NCBI RefSeq assembly: GCF_009914755.1
Contig: NC_060941.1
Strand: one strand, 5' to 3'
Origin: the human T2T-CHM13v2.0 reference genome, Homo sapiens
Length of the DNA stretch: 64,000 nucleotides
In this document: piece after piece, positions 27,521 to 43,778 of the stretch
Layout: every line of letters begins with the position of its first letter
Position numbering within the stretch: position 1 is the first letter of the stretch
The notes under the pieces: model-generated
Databases searched by the model: none
Told to the model about the DNA's origin: nothing
The model's input: the letters and a program-made list of their open reading frames with translations, nothing else
Position numbers and translations under genes: made by a program

Positions 27521-27989
27521 GATCATATCACAAAATTCACTGGTGCTGTGGACAGTTTGGGGGCTGTAGAAGAGCAGAGAAGGGACCTCTGACCCCTCCC
27601 TGAGCTGTGCTTGCTCTCCTGAAGGGAGTTAAGAATGGAAATGGGGAATTCAGAGCACCTTTGTCCCAGGCCCATGGTCCCCAAACATCATGGCAAAGAG
27701 CAGGCACAGTGGGGCTTTCTGAAATGATCTCCGACACTGTGTGCACCCAGAATGCAAGGGGACAGACTGCACACATCTGGACATGAATGTGCATATAGAT
27801 ATGTACCATCGATAGACACCCAGTGCTATTTCAGCACCAGTGCTATTTCAGGCACCTTGTCCCTAAGAGGTCTCAGATGCAAAACAACAGCTCGCATGAA
27901 GGCAGGGAATGCTGAAGGCAGAACCAAGGGGCAAGAGGTTATAGAAAACATCCCGGGAAGCAGCAGAAGTTGAACCAGCCTAGATGGCC

Positions 27990-28130
27990 TTTACTAGATT
28001 AAGCTCTAAGAGCTGCAGCTGCCTGTAATGAAATAAAATGGCCTAGCTCAGGAGGTAGCGAGTTCTTATCACCGGAACCTCAAAGGAAGGCTTGACAACT
28101 TGTGAAGGGGATTCAAGGACTGGATTGCGG
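27990..28130. mobile_element. CR1/L3-like fragment
   Basis: GGAGGTAGCGAGTTCTTATCACCGGAA...AGGCTTGACAAC. Confidence 0.45.
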
Positions 28131-28932
28131 GATAGCACGAATGTCCTCAATAAGGTTACTTGGGTCCTATAAAGTTGGGGGAGTCACTAAAGGACTGGAG
28201 GGAGGAATGGTGGCGTGAAGCACTTGGACTTTATCTTAGAGGGCAGTAGGGAGCCATGTTGGGTGTTGGAGCAGCAGAGAGACACATGGAAGGCTGAGTC
28301 GTGGAAAGATGAATCAGACAGCACTATGCTGGATCAGACTGGGGTAAGGAGGGACATAGAAGGGAGGAGACCAATTACTAGACTAGCCAAATGCATCAAT
28401 GGGGGTGTGTGCATGTGAAAACACGTACAATGTGCATGCAAGCAGAAACCTCCAAAGACTAGACAACCATCAGTTGTGACAGCGTTGAATGGTCTCTAGT
28501 CTTGAAGCAGGAGTTGAACTCTGTGATATTTCAAGCCCATTTCCAAAGCTTTAGGCACATGCAGGAGTGTCTGTGGGTGTATGTGCAGACCTGGGTGTCT
28601 ATGAGTATCGACTGAGTTCACTACTCCTTCATCAGCGAGGTCTGATGTGGGGAGCAGGAGTGCACACCACAGGGTGACTTGGTGTTGGGGTGACTTTGTG
28701 GGCCTCTATTTGGGAGTATAGCTGGGAAGCAAACATTCAAGATACTCATGACCCTGTGGGATTTTGCTGTCCCAGGTGTGACACACAGGTGTGTGTGCGT
28801 GTGTGTGGGTATGTGTGTGTAGGAGATGGGATTGGGGACGTCCAAGGGCTGAGTGAGGCTTTGTGAGGGAATTTGTTGTTGCAGCTTGGGGTGGAGGAGT
28901 GGCCTGGCGTGTGGCTCCCTGTGACATTCTCT

Positions 28933-29235
28933 CTTTTTTTCTTTTGAGACAGGCTCTCACTCTGTTGCCCAGGCTGGAGTGCTGTAGTGTGAACATGGCT
29001 CACTGCAGCCTTCACCTCCTGGGTTTAAGCAATCCTCCCACCTCAGCCTCCTGAATGGCTAGGACCACAGGCATGCTCCACCACGTTGGGCTCATTTTAA
29101 ATTATTTTTATTTTTTGTAGAGACAGGGTTTTGGTGTGTTGCCCAGGCTGGTCTTGAACTCCTGGGCTCAAGCGATCTTCCCGCCTCGGCCTCCCAAAGT
29201 GCTGGGATTACAGGCATGAGCCACAGTGCCCGGCC
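28933..29235 (-). mobile_element. Alu (AluJ-like)
   Basis: CTCCTGGGCTCAAGCGATC; TSD CCTGTGA. Confidence 0.92.
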
Positions 29236-30206
29236 CCTGTGAGGTTCTGATTTCTGACCAGTCTGGGGACACCAGTTTTGGGGGTTGCTGTGAGCGAGGG
29301 CCTTTCCCATACACCAGCTCCCTGAGCCATCCTAGCCACCCGTCATGATCCTTCTTGTTTCCGTTTCAACAAGTGAAGAAGCCGAGGCTCCCAGAACCTT
29401 GCCCAGAGTCACAGTACAATGCAAAGCATAGCCAGACCCCAGGAGTCCAAGCGCAGAGCTCTTGCCTCAGTGGCTACCTCTATTACGTGGGGACGTGAGT
29501 CACCAGAACACGGTTGGAGGAACAGTGCTGCCTTTACCTCTAGGCAAGGCATCTCCTCCCAGGCACCTATGCACCTTCAGAATCCCGGGCGAATCCCTGA
29601 CCTCACCCTGACCCACCTCCCTCCACCTCCAGGCTCCTCAGCTCCCCTAGACCCCTGCTCCTGCAAACCCACATCCCGCAACAACCTCATTGGAAAGCCG
29701 GGAGCAGCTCGCAGTCAGCATCCATGTTTTCACCCCAGCTGGGTGCTGCAGTCATTGTTCTGGCGAAGGAGGGCGAGGGGGCGGCTCGTGGGCGTTGCGA
29801 CGCCAGGCTGTCTGCTCCACTCGGCCGCTGGTTATTACCTCTCCTCAGGCTCCCATTAGTCCGCCTGCCCCAGAGGCCCGCGCAGGCTCCCTGCACCTCG
29901 GCACCTTTGTTCCTTAATTATCACTGGGGAGCTCGCTCACCTGCCTGCCACTTTCTAAGAAGCTGTCTGGCTCTCTTTGCCGTCCCGCACCCCCAGGACC
30001 TAAGCCTCTACACCCCCTGGGGTGGGGGCTGGTGTCTAGCAGCAGCTTGCCCAAGGATTCAGCCGGCTCCAGAGCCTCAGGTCTGCCCCATCCCAGCCCC
30101 TCATAGAAGCCCTTCCTCTTCCTCTCTTCTGCCTTCTCCAAGAACCCTGCCTGGATTAACTTTGTCTTGGATATCAGGCCTGGAAGGGACTTTAAATTGC
30201 CATGTG

Positions 30207-30849
<643 letters not shown>

Positions 30850-31910
30850 CTACCTGGATTGGGCCACCTACAGAAGGTACTCAGTGAATATTCAGTGAGA
30901 GGATGATGAACCTCTGCAGCCTCTATTTGAATGTCTTAGTTGATAGGCAGCTCACTTTCTCCCAAGGCAGCCAGCGCCACCTTGGATGGCTGGGACGGTT
31001 ATAAAACCACTCTCCCCTCATGTACTGCCCACATCTCTCCCCAGCACCTTCTGATCTTCATAGCCCTGAATGTAGACTCCACCTTGCTGTGTTCTGAGTC
31101 TGAGGCTCAGTCCTGTGTTTCTTACTAGGGGCTCCTTGATGTCCGCACCTCAGGCGGGAAACTTCCCAGCGTGGGGCTCTGTCCAGGAGCACTCGCTTCT
31201 CCTCCCAGGCTTAAGGATTCAGCCTTACCCCAGCCCAGCTCTAGCACCTGGGTCTCCTTCTGTCTCGGACCTCTGGCTGCTGTTCCTGCAGAGGAAGGTG
31301 AAGGGGAGGAGACACTGGGGTGAGAGGCCTCGTGCCAAACAAGCTCTGACAGCCGGCAAGCACCAGGGAGGGAGCCTGCTGCACACACAGGCCGAGGCTG
31401 CCCTGCCGAGGGGAAGGCCTGGTGGAGGGCATCTCCCCTCCCCAGCTAGCCTGCTGCCCTGACCCTCACACACCTCCCTGCCTCAGGGCACTGTGGGTTT
31501 CAGAGCCTCAGAGGCTGAGCTTCCAGATGAAGGAGCCAGGAGTGAGCTAACCCAGGTGGGCACCAGGGGCACCCTCCTGTCAGGACAGTGCCTGCCCTCA
31601 GCGTCTAGGGCACAGCACTCCTCTCCCGGGGAGGACCTCCAGGGGACGAAAGTGGCTGTCAGAGTCTACGGCTGCCTCTGGACCCAGCCTGTTACCCACG
31701 GTTATACAGAGGACTGGGACATGCAAGACACAAAGAACCCTGTGTCCACAAAGCGTCTCAGAGCCTGAGGAGGCTCTCTTCGGAGGCCACTCCACTCAGC
31801 GTAGCCATCTCCTCCCATGTCTCCGCCCTTAGCCATTCTCCTCTCCAGCCTTCATCCAAGTGGAGAGTTTCCTTTTGGTCTCCACTTTGCGCTCTTTACA
31901 TGTCTTCGTC

Positions 31911-32345
31911 TTCCCTCAGACTAGAAGCTCTGTGAGGCCAGGACCCTGCCTCTCCTCTCAGACTGCGGGGCGGTCTTGAGGCCCAGATCCTGCCTCTCAC
32001 CTCAGGCTAGGGGCTCTGTGAGAACAGGATCCTGCCTCTCCCCTCAGACTGGGGGCTCTGTGAGACCAGGATCCTGCCTCTCCCCTCAGACTGGGGGGTC
32101 TGTGAGGCCAGGATCCTGCCTCTCCCCTCAGACTGGGGGCTCTGTGAGGCCAGGATCCTCCCTCTCCCCTCAGACTGGGGGGTCTGTGAGGCCAGGATCC
32201 TGCCTCTCCCCTCAGACTGGGGGCTCTGTGAGGCCAGGATCCTGCCTCTCCCCTCAGATTGGGGGCTCTATGAGGCCAGGATCCTGCCTCTCCCCTCAGA
32301 CTGGAGGCTCCCTGAGAGCAGGGTCATGTTTCCCCTCAGACGGGC
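31911..32345. repeat. 42-bp VNTR/minisatellite, about 10 units (TGTGAGGCCAGGATCCTGCCTCTCCCCTCAGACTGGGGGCTC)
   Basis: Unit starts at 32017, 32059, 32101, 32143, 32185, 32227, 32269 and 32311 (exact 42 spacing), plus diverged units at 31931 and ~31976. Confidence 0.95.
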
Positions 32346-33039
32346 ACACAGGAAGGTTGGAGACTATAGTCCATCCACACCCTGTCTCGGTTCTGAGTGT
32401 CTTTCATCCCAGGAGTGCTATGGGGAGGCCAGGAAGGCGCCTGGCACTCGCTGGAGGGCCTCTGGACAAACACCAGCTGGGGGTGGAGGACTCGGGTCGG
32501 CACCTCCAGCCACCAGACCATGACCTCAGCTGGGCCGCCCCAGGCTGCCCTCCGGATCTGACTCAGAACCTTCCTGGGGCTGCTGCTGGGCGTCCATCCC
32601 CAGGGTCAGCCCGAGGAGGCCACCAGATTCCACAGGCCCCACCCAGTTGGAGGCCACTGCCCCCAGACCCCACTGGGGTCGCCAGGGGCTCCATCAGGGT
32701 TGAAGGGGAGAGCAGAGGGCAAAGGTCACCTGCCAGGCCCCTTGCTCCACTACCCCCATCCCTTCCCACCCTCCTCACAGAGTCCCTGACACAGAGGCTG
32801 GGGACAAGGGGATCCCCAAAAGGCAAACAAGGCAGTTCTTCCATGATAGGAGACCCCCTCAAGGTAGTGGCTAAGTCACCCCCAGAATCTTTCTCATTAG
32901 GAGAAAATAAATGAAGGCGACTCCTGTGGTACGTTCCCCAGAGCCTGGGTCTAGATTTGCAGCGGAGTCTGAGGGCTTGGGGGATGGAGGTCCTGGAGGG
33001 GCAGGGCGAGAGGTGCCCCTGCCTGATCTCAGCCCGCAC

Positions 33040-33910
<871 letters not shown>

Positions 33911-34699
33911 GCCCTTTGGAGGGAGAGAAACACACACAGATACCCCAGGGACTGGTGGGGTGGGTACGAGCAAGGACGGGACAGCAGTCCTTACAGGATG
34001 TAGGGAAGGGGGCTGTCAGGCCTCAAAGGTACCACGGGCTGAGGGAGGAGTGGGAGGGAGGTGGGGGGTGGGGCAGAGGGAAGGGAGGCTGCCAGGCAGT
34101 ACTGTCCTTGAATGTCCCCACCCCGGTCAGAAAACACAACTCTGGGTGCCAGTGGGGCTGAGGAAGGAGGCACCACAGGCCCATTCTTGGGCGTCCCTGG
34201 TCTGGAAGGGACAGGAAAACAGTGCTTGGAAAGTCCTCGGGGTCAGACCTGTCTACCCAGCTTTGAGCCTGGGTTTCTGAAGCCATGGGCAGTTCTGCCT
34301 GGCCCACTGTGTCAGGCTCGGTGCGTTCCAAACCCAACGCCTCATTCTTCCTGCAGCTTGCCCTGGCTTCTCTAGCACCATCAACAGACTGCTTCTCCTC
34401 CCAGGCAGGCAGGCCCGAAAGCCCAGAGTCGCCTCTGCCTACCCCCCTCACTTACCCACGGCCCCACAGACCCCTCCCTGTGCAGTGACCGGGGACCAGG
34501 CTTCCCCGTCATCCTGGGCCTCTCCTTCGTATAAAGCAGCTGGAAAGGGAAGCGTCCGAGGCAGTTTTACCTCCATCGGTCCAAGACTCCTCCAGCCTCT
34601 GAAACAAATTCTACCAAGGGGTCGGTGGGGGTGGAGAAGGGAGGAAGGGTCCTGCCAAATTCTGATCCACATCCTCTGTAAGGGAAACTAGGTTGTGTT

Positions 34700-34910
34700 G
34701 GAAGTGGAGTCTGGAGTTAGACAGACTTCAATTATTTCACTTTCTACTTACTCTGTGACCTTGGGGAAGTTACTCAATTTCTCTGTTTGTTTCTCTGTCT
34801 CTAAAATGAAGATAAACAGATATATTTTACCAGGTTGCTTGGAGATTATGTGGGAAAACATATAATAAGCACCTAGAAAAATTCTGAAATACAGCTGATG
34901 TTAATAAATG
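34700..34910 (+). mobile_element. MIR
   Basis: CTGTGACCTTGGGGAAGTTACTCAATTTCTCTG...CTAAAATG. Confidence 0.7.
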
Positions 34911-35559
34911 AGAAGCTCATCCCTTCCCTTTCAACCTGTACTCCTGCCCCCTGCTCAAGAACCTGCTGTGGCTCCCTGTTTCATACCATGTCTGATCTAA
35001 ATTCCTCTGCCTGGCTCTCAAGGATCTCCAGTGTGTGGCCTGGCCTTTTCCATCCAGTCATCACCCCGAAATCTTCCCACACTCCCTCTTTACTCCTGTG
35101 TCCCCATGACCACGGTCATGCCTCTGCCATGCCTTCTGTCCACACTGCCCTTCTTGTCCCCTCTGCCTATCCTACTTGCAAACCAAGGCCCCCTTCTCGA
35201 GGAAGCCCTCCCCAAGCCACACCTCCCTTGCCCATTCTCTGGCTCCTCCGGGAGCCTGCTACTCACTCAGCCCAGTGGGACAGCCATGCTGTCCGAGCAG
35301 TTGGATATTCCATCGTTACAGATGTTGCCTGCCCATCCAGGTTGGTAGCTGTTTCCAGGTGGGCAAAGAACCACCCCTTGGATCTCTCTAGAACTTGCCA
35401 GTGTTAAACATACAGTGAGTACTCAGTGAATATCTGTCTTTTGATTTATTATGAAGCAATAAATAAGGCAAATCGGTAAGTGGCAAGCAGGTGTTGGAAG
35501 GGATTCTAGAAGGGGTGAAGGGGTGTTGAGCCTCTCCCTTGTGACAGAAACTGGACTCA

Positions 35560-35710
35560 GCGCTTCATGTGTTATCTCCTCATTCTTACCAGTGTGGGAG
35601 GTAGTATTAACTCCATTTTACAGATGGGGAGACTGAGGTTCAAAGAGATGCGGTGACTTGCCCAGGGCCACATGGCTAGAAATTGGCAGGGGCAGGATTT
35701 GATCTGAGGC
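35560..35710 (-). mobile_element. MIR
   Basis: CCATTTTACAGATGGGGAGACTGAGG...GACTTGCCCAGGGCCACA. Confidence 0.8.
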
Positions 35711-36066
35711 TGGGGGCGGGGTGTGGTCTGGGGAAGAGCATTTCAGAGGGGGAGCAGCCTGTTCAAAGAGTCCAAGGGGAAAGCCAGGGTGAGTGTGTGG
35801 AGGGAGAGAGTGGGCAGATGCGCTGGAAGGGGTGAGTGGTACATGCGGGAAGGCACTGGTTTGCCCATTTGAAGAAGAGGGGAGAGGACTCTGGAACTGC
35901 CTCTCTGACAGGCTGAAGGAAAATGCAGCCAGATGCCCCTCCTGGTGAGCTGACTAGGACTTTAGAATTTTCCTGTCAGAAAAAGCTGCAGCTAATTTCC
36001 TGAGTCCATACCGGGAGCTCAACCTCCTCTCCCTAGGCCCTCTGTCCCTAGAAGAGAAAAGATGGT

Positions 36067-36511
<445 letters not shown>

Positions 36512-37805
36512 TCAAGCCTTCATGTCATAGACCCTGCTGCTGTCGCCTCCAGATGCGGCCCCTGCAAGGCCTTATGTACACCCAGCTCTCAGCGGGGTGC
36601 CAGCCTCAAATTCTCCTGTTTCCAGCACTTGGCACAGAGACCCTCACAGTTCCCCTTGACCCCCCCTGACCAAGCCCTCCACGCAGGCAGCCAGGCCCAG
36701 CTGGAATAACACGGCTCCGCTCCCTCCTCCCTCCCACGAGTACTGGACTATTTACAACTCACCAGGGCCTTCACACCCATGAGCTCACTGGAGCCTTCCC
36801 CACCCACCCTGGAAACCCAACAGGGCAAACACCATTAGCTCCATTTTGCAGATGGGGAAACTGAGGCTAGGTGCCCCGCCCAGTGAGTTCCCCAAGGCCC
36901 AGCCTCCTAACTTCTTAGTTTGAAGCTCTTCTCAATTCCTCCAGGAGGGTGGCCCAAACACCCCAAATTCAAGTCGGGGAGTTTCAGGCAGACGGAAGGG
37001 TAGGATCTGATGAGTAGGATCTGTCACAGGAGCTGGAAGGAGCCTCTCGGGCAGTGAGCCAGGACGGCGGGGGTGGAGGGAAGTTTTTATGGCTCCAGCC
37101 ACTGGCTGGGTGACAGCCTGGCAGGGGCTTCTTCAGGGTGGACATGGGAGCGGGGGGCAGGAGTGCTGGCCAGCCAGGCAAGCTGGCTGGGAGCACAGTT
37201 GGGGTGTCTGGCTCCCCAGAGTAGAGTAGGGGGAAGGGGGCAAAGCCCCAGCCTCAGAGCTGCCTCCTGGGCAACCAGACATGGGAAACTATAGGCTGGC
37301 TGCAGCTGCAGAGACACTAGGTAGATACCAAAGGGGACTTCCATCCACAGACTCTTTGCTCAGGCAGAGTTCCTGTGCACTGTGAACCAGGTCCAGCCCA
37401 AGCCCTCGCTTGCCATCTCACACAAGGATTATGCCACTGTGGACTTCCCACCTCTCCTCACCTCCTATATATCTCCCAAGAATTTGTTCCATCCTGGGTC
37501 CTCCTAGTCACCCACCCACCAGGAAGTACTCTCCCTCCTAGTCTGCACCAAAGTCCCCGAAGCCCTGCCAGAAGCCCTCTCTAATTCTTCCTCAGGTTCT
37601 GGACATGACTCTTTTCCAAGCCTAGGAAAATATAGTTTGAATCCTCTTGATTCTTTGTGTCAGAGTCTGTGTATGGGGTAGGGGGTTAAAGCTAAGAGTC
37701 TCTCATAAGGCTAAGAGTGCCTGGGGAAGAGGACTGCGTCTCCCCTGTCAAACTGTGCAAGCCTCCTTCCTCTAGCTGTACCTCCTTCTGCTGGGGCAGG
37801 CTCTG

Positions 37806-37819
37806 CCCATAGGGGGCGC
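37806..37819 (+). promoter_or_regulatory. Candidate CTCF site
   Basis: CCCATAGGGGGCGC closely matches the CTCF core CCASYAGRKGGCRS. Confidence 0.6.
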
Positions 37820-38454
37820 GCAAACAGTGTTGTTAAGCCCAGGCATCCTTGCTACTTACTGAACCACCTGCAGGGATATGGATCTGGGTGACCTGTCAAA
37901 TGCACCTCCAGAGCTCCAGCCTATGTTTCAATTGGCCTTGGCTCAGCCTTACTTTTCAACTGGACTGATGGGAGGGGAGAGGTTTTAGATAAGGACAGAG
38001 GCCCGTCTTTTGGCGTAGGAAGCTGGAGGCTAGACAGTGACCTCTAAAGAAGTCTCCTTGACCTTCCAAGCTCAGGGTGGGTGAGTGACTTGAGGTGCTC
38101 ACACAACCCACAGTGGACCCAGATATCTTCCTTGGCTCTGTTCTGAATGTTCTGGGCTCCTGGGCAGAGGTCCCAACCAAGCAACCCCTATTTCCTTCCC
38201 CAAGTCTTTCGGAAAGACTGGTGAGTCAGCTGCGGCCATGAACTCATCCTAGGCAGTAAAAATAGGAAAACAAACAGGCTTCTCCTCCAGGCAGGGGGAG
38301 TGGGAAGAGGGAGGGGGAGATGGGTTTTTTCCCCTGCTGGGGGAAAAGAGTTGCCATCTTTTGAAGTCCTCCAGAGTGAGGCCGGCGTCCTTATGGCCCC
38401 TAGAAACTCAACCACATCAAAGTCACCCAAGGAAGGTGGTTTGAGAGGGATGCT

Positions 38455-39030
38455 GGGTCACACACACAGTCACAGTCACACACAGTGACACAGCCGAGTC
38501 CCTCAGAGGAGCATACAGTGACACACACAGGAGGGTGCGACACCCAGCTACGTACACAACATGCAAAGCCAGTAACCCACCAGGCAGTTGCGTGGATACA
38601 GTCACACAGAAGAGAGCCTAGCCAGAGTCTCCCAGGCCCACCTGGAGACAATATCAGAGTCCCATACAGTCACATCCATCCACGACAGCTGTCTCCACGC
38701 AGAGCTGCACCTACATCATGCAGACAACACACAGCTACACAGACTGCCGCATCCACACCCCCAACTCCCAGCCACTCTCAGAACCAGTTTCTGAGAGTCG
38801 CACGCATGGCAGAGGCAACGCCGATTTCTGTGCACATAATCACACACACAACCACACACACAACCACACAGTCACATGCAGCCACAAGCACATAGCTCCT
38901 ATACAATGCACAGGGCCACACCCAAGCCACAAGGAGTCACACACATGCAGTCTCGGTTACAACCCACCACATACACATTTACACATGTGTCACATGGTCA
39001 TGGTCACAAACACGACATCCACACGATTAC
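38455..39030. repeat. Degenerate CA-rich low-complexity region (ACAC/AGTCAC motifs)
   Basis: Recurrent CACACAGTCACA-type words. Confidence 0.75.
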
Positions 39031-39829
39031 TCAATCACCCAAACCAGTTCTGTTCATGGAACTTCTGGGGCTGAGACTCAATGGCAATTGACCCTGGGGT
39101 GGGGACGGGGGCATAATGTGATTCCCAGCTGCCTGCCCAACTCCCTCTCTCCTCTTGGCTGCACCTCCCTGGCCATCCTGCATTCTGGGCATCCACTATT
39201 TGGTGTTCTCCAGGCTCTGCTGAGATCCTACACCCTTTGCCTTGAAGACGGCTGCGTCCAACCCCCATTTTGCATCATCCATTTACTCAGTACACCATCT
39301 TGCTCTGTGTGCCAGGTACTGTGCTAGGTGCTAGTGAACAAGAGATTATTCTAAATCAGACAAAAAATTTCCCACCAGTGTAATGGCTATTTCCAAACAC
39401 ACGCCTGGGTGACCCTCCACAGATCTAGCCCCAGATGCCTACTTGTTCCCACTCCCCAGCCTTGGGGTGGCCCCACACAGGACCAATACTTCAATCTCAT
39501 TTTGTTCAGAGGCCAGTTCCAAGAGGCTGAATTGTTCTCATGCAATCGATACAACCTCTAATGGGGGGCATGGGGCATAGACTCAGGAAAAACATCCCTG
39601 TGAACTTGGCCTCCCCTTCTCTGGGTGGGTGAATCTCAAGAGGCTGCTGGTTTGAAAAAACTCTATGCTAGGGTCCAGAGAGTGGGGCTTTTGTCCTGTT
39701 CCGGCGTGTCCTTATGGGCCAGTCTTATCCCCTTTTCTTCCCTAGTGTTAACACTAGGGGTGCTGGGCCAAATCAGTTTCTCACCATTAGTGCTTATTAT
39801 TATGCAGGTTTCCAGGCCCACCCAGGGCT

Positions 39830-40335
39830 TCTTTCTTTCTTTTTTTTTGGAGGGGGGGCGGGCGGTGGAGTCTCACTGTGTCACCCAGGCTGCAGTGCAA
39901 TGGCATGATCTCGGCTCCCTGCAACCTCCACCTCCCAGGTTCAAGCGATTCTCCTTCCTCGGCCCCCTAAGTAGCTGGGACTACAGGCATGCGCCACCAC
40001 GCGCGGCTAAGTTTTGTATTTTTAGTAGAGACAGGGTTTCACCATGTTGGTTAGGCTGGTCTCGAACTCCTGACCTAGTGATCTGTCCACTTCAGCCTCC
40101 CAAAGTGCTGGGATTATAGGCATGAGCCACTGCTCCCTGCTGAGCTTCTTTATTTTAAAAGTAAATTTAATAAATATTTTATATATTTGTAAAATAATTT
40201 TATTTATTTTTTTTTTGGTAGAGATGAGGTCTCACAATGTTGCCCACACTGGTCTGGAACTCCTGGCTTTGAGCGATCCTCCTGTCTCAGCCTCCCAAAG
40301 TGCTGGGATTACAAGCATAAACTACCACACCTGGC
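39830..40335 (-). mobile_element. Alu (39830-40140) and Alu monomer (40195-40335)
   Basis: Alu reverse-complement sequences. Confidence 0.88.
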
Positions 40336-40853
40336 CCACCCAGACCTTCTTGATCCCAGAATTTGAGAACCTCTGGTTCTGGGCCTCTGAGGTGCTTTCC
40401 ATCTCTAAGAAGGGCCATGAAACTTTGAGGAGCAGCCCTGCTGGAGGCCCCTCCCAGCCCCAGGCACTTGGCACTCAGGAGCCACTGCCACCCTCCAGGA
40501 GGTGCCACGTCATCTTTCTGGTTTAGAGGCTTGGGCTGGTTAAGGGCTTGTAGTCAGAGCAGGTGATGACCAAATCTGAACTTTTGGGTCCTGTTCTTGG
40601 CTGAGGCTAGGCTTCCAGGGCAGGGTGGGGTACTTGGGACTCCTGGTACCTTTTCCAGGGCAAATGATGCCCAGGAACCGGGAGAGTCCCTGAACCCAAG
40701 CCCAGGCCTAGAGGGCTTATCTAAGCGGGGGCAGGGCCAAAAAAAGGAAAAGTCCATGTGAGAGTCTCAAGTACCGAGGGACTTGAATGAGGCCTGTTTA
40801 TTTCTCACTCAGTTTCCTATGTTGAGTCAATTGGCTTCCTGGGTTCTGCTTAG

Positions 40854-41239
<386 letters not shown>

Positions 41240-42074
41240 TAGTCTATGTCACAGCCCCTCAACTACGTATATCATCCAAAAAGCTGCCTTCTTGGCTGTC
41301 CTTGTGCTGGGCACCCTGCTAGTCACATAGAGTGCCTCACAGTCCTCACAGCAATTTTATGGAGTAGGTGGTATTAACTCCACCTTACAGATGAGAAAAA
41401 TGAGACCCAGAAATTCTGAGCCACCTATGCCAGGTCCTCTAGCTAGTAAGCAGCAGAACTAGATTCAAACCTACTGCTCCAGGGTCCAGGCCCTCAGCCC
41501 CATCTCACAGCATTCCCTGAGATCCCACAGCAAGCCTCTGCTTGAACACCTTCAGCGACAGGGGCTCACAAACACTTACTGAGGACAGATGACAAACACA
41601 CACATATTGGAGGAAGCAAAGCTCAATGGGAGATGAACTTGCCCCCAGAATGTCTTATTCTAACAGAGGAAACAAGATGTGAAATCACCACTCCGTTTAA
41701 GATAGAAGGAATTGGTACCTAAGATAGAGGTGGAGAATATGCTACTTTTGAAAGCTCTAGTTATTAAAAATGTCTTCCTTATATTGAGCATAAATCAACA
41801 TTGCAGACAAGTCACACATCCCCACTGCTGGCTTTCCATAGGGCCAATTGCCTTACTGCTCTTTCAGTCTTGACTCTTGTCATTGTACTACTCTGCTGCA
41901 GAGATTGGGGCTTCGCTCTGACCACTGCCAGACCCCACAACCCACATAGCAGAGAGACTCCCTCACGTCCATGCAACATCCAGTTTCTGAAAGCTCTGTC
42001 CTCCTCTCCTCCTTCACCCACCCATTCAGAGAGAGTTGAGCTGCTCTGGAAAAACCCAGAGAATTCCAGAGTCG

Positions 42075-42250
42075 GGAGGCTGGGGTTCCAATCCCAGCTC
42101 TGTCACTTACTGGTTGTGCAATGTTGGGCAAGGCCCTGAGCTGCTCTGAGCATTGGTTTCTTCATCTGTGAAATGGGGCCAGCAATACTTGCCCCACCTG
42201 ACTGGGTGGTAAGGATTAGCTGAGATCCTGAGTGTGAAAGTATTCCATAT
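42075..42250 (+). mobile_element. MIR
   Basis: GGTTCCAATCCCAGCTCTGTCACTTACT...TTCATCTGTGAAATGGG. Confidence 0.75.
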
Positions 42251-42759
42251 GCCACCGGGAGGACTGACCTTCACAAGCGTCCCTGTGCTTAGAAGCTGAG
42301 GGTGGCTTCAGGATTAGCTGGAGAATAAAGGCTGCCCTGAGTGCCTCAGCATGCAAGGCACAGTGCCAGGTGCTGTGAGGATGAGGAGCTAAGGAACTCC
42401 GCCCTGCAGGAGTTCTGTATCCTGGGGGTGACATCTCCCACCATCACCAAATCCTTGGGGACAAAGCTTTTTAATCAAATTGGGTGTGGCACCTCACCCC
42501 ACCCCCGCAAGTGGATTGTGTGATGGAGATTCACACATCCCTTGTGGGTGAGCCAAAGGAACCAACAAGAGGAAAGGGAGTTAATGTGTGTGAAATGTCT
42601 GCTACGCATGGTCACTTAGAGTTATTTACTGAATCTTCACAACCCTGTGAGGTTGGGCTTATTATGATGTCCATTTCACAGATGGGGAAACTGAGACACA
42701 GGGAAGTTTTATTTGCCCAAGTCAGTAGGTGATGTAGGTGGGATTAGAATTCAGATCTG

Positions 42760-43778
<1,019 letters not shown>

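Noticed and set aside
31911-32345. CRISPR-like array
   Set aside because: Head-to-tail units with no unique spacers, in eukaryotic DNA.
31976-32914. 312-aa ORF, the longest in the track
   Set aside because: TTG start; its N-terminal third is the 42-bp VNTR; the rest is low-complexity GC-rich sequence with no domain or splice support.
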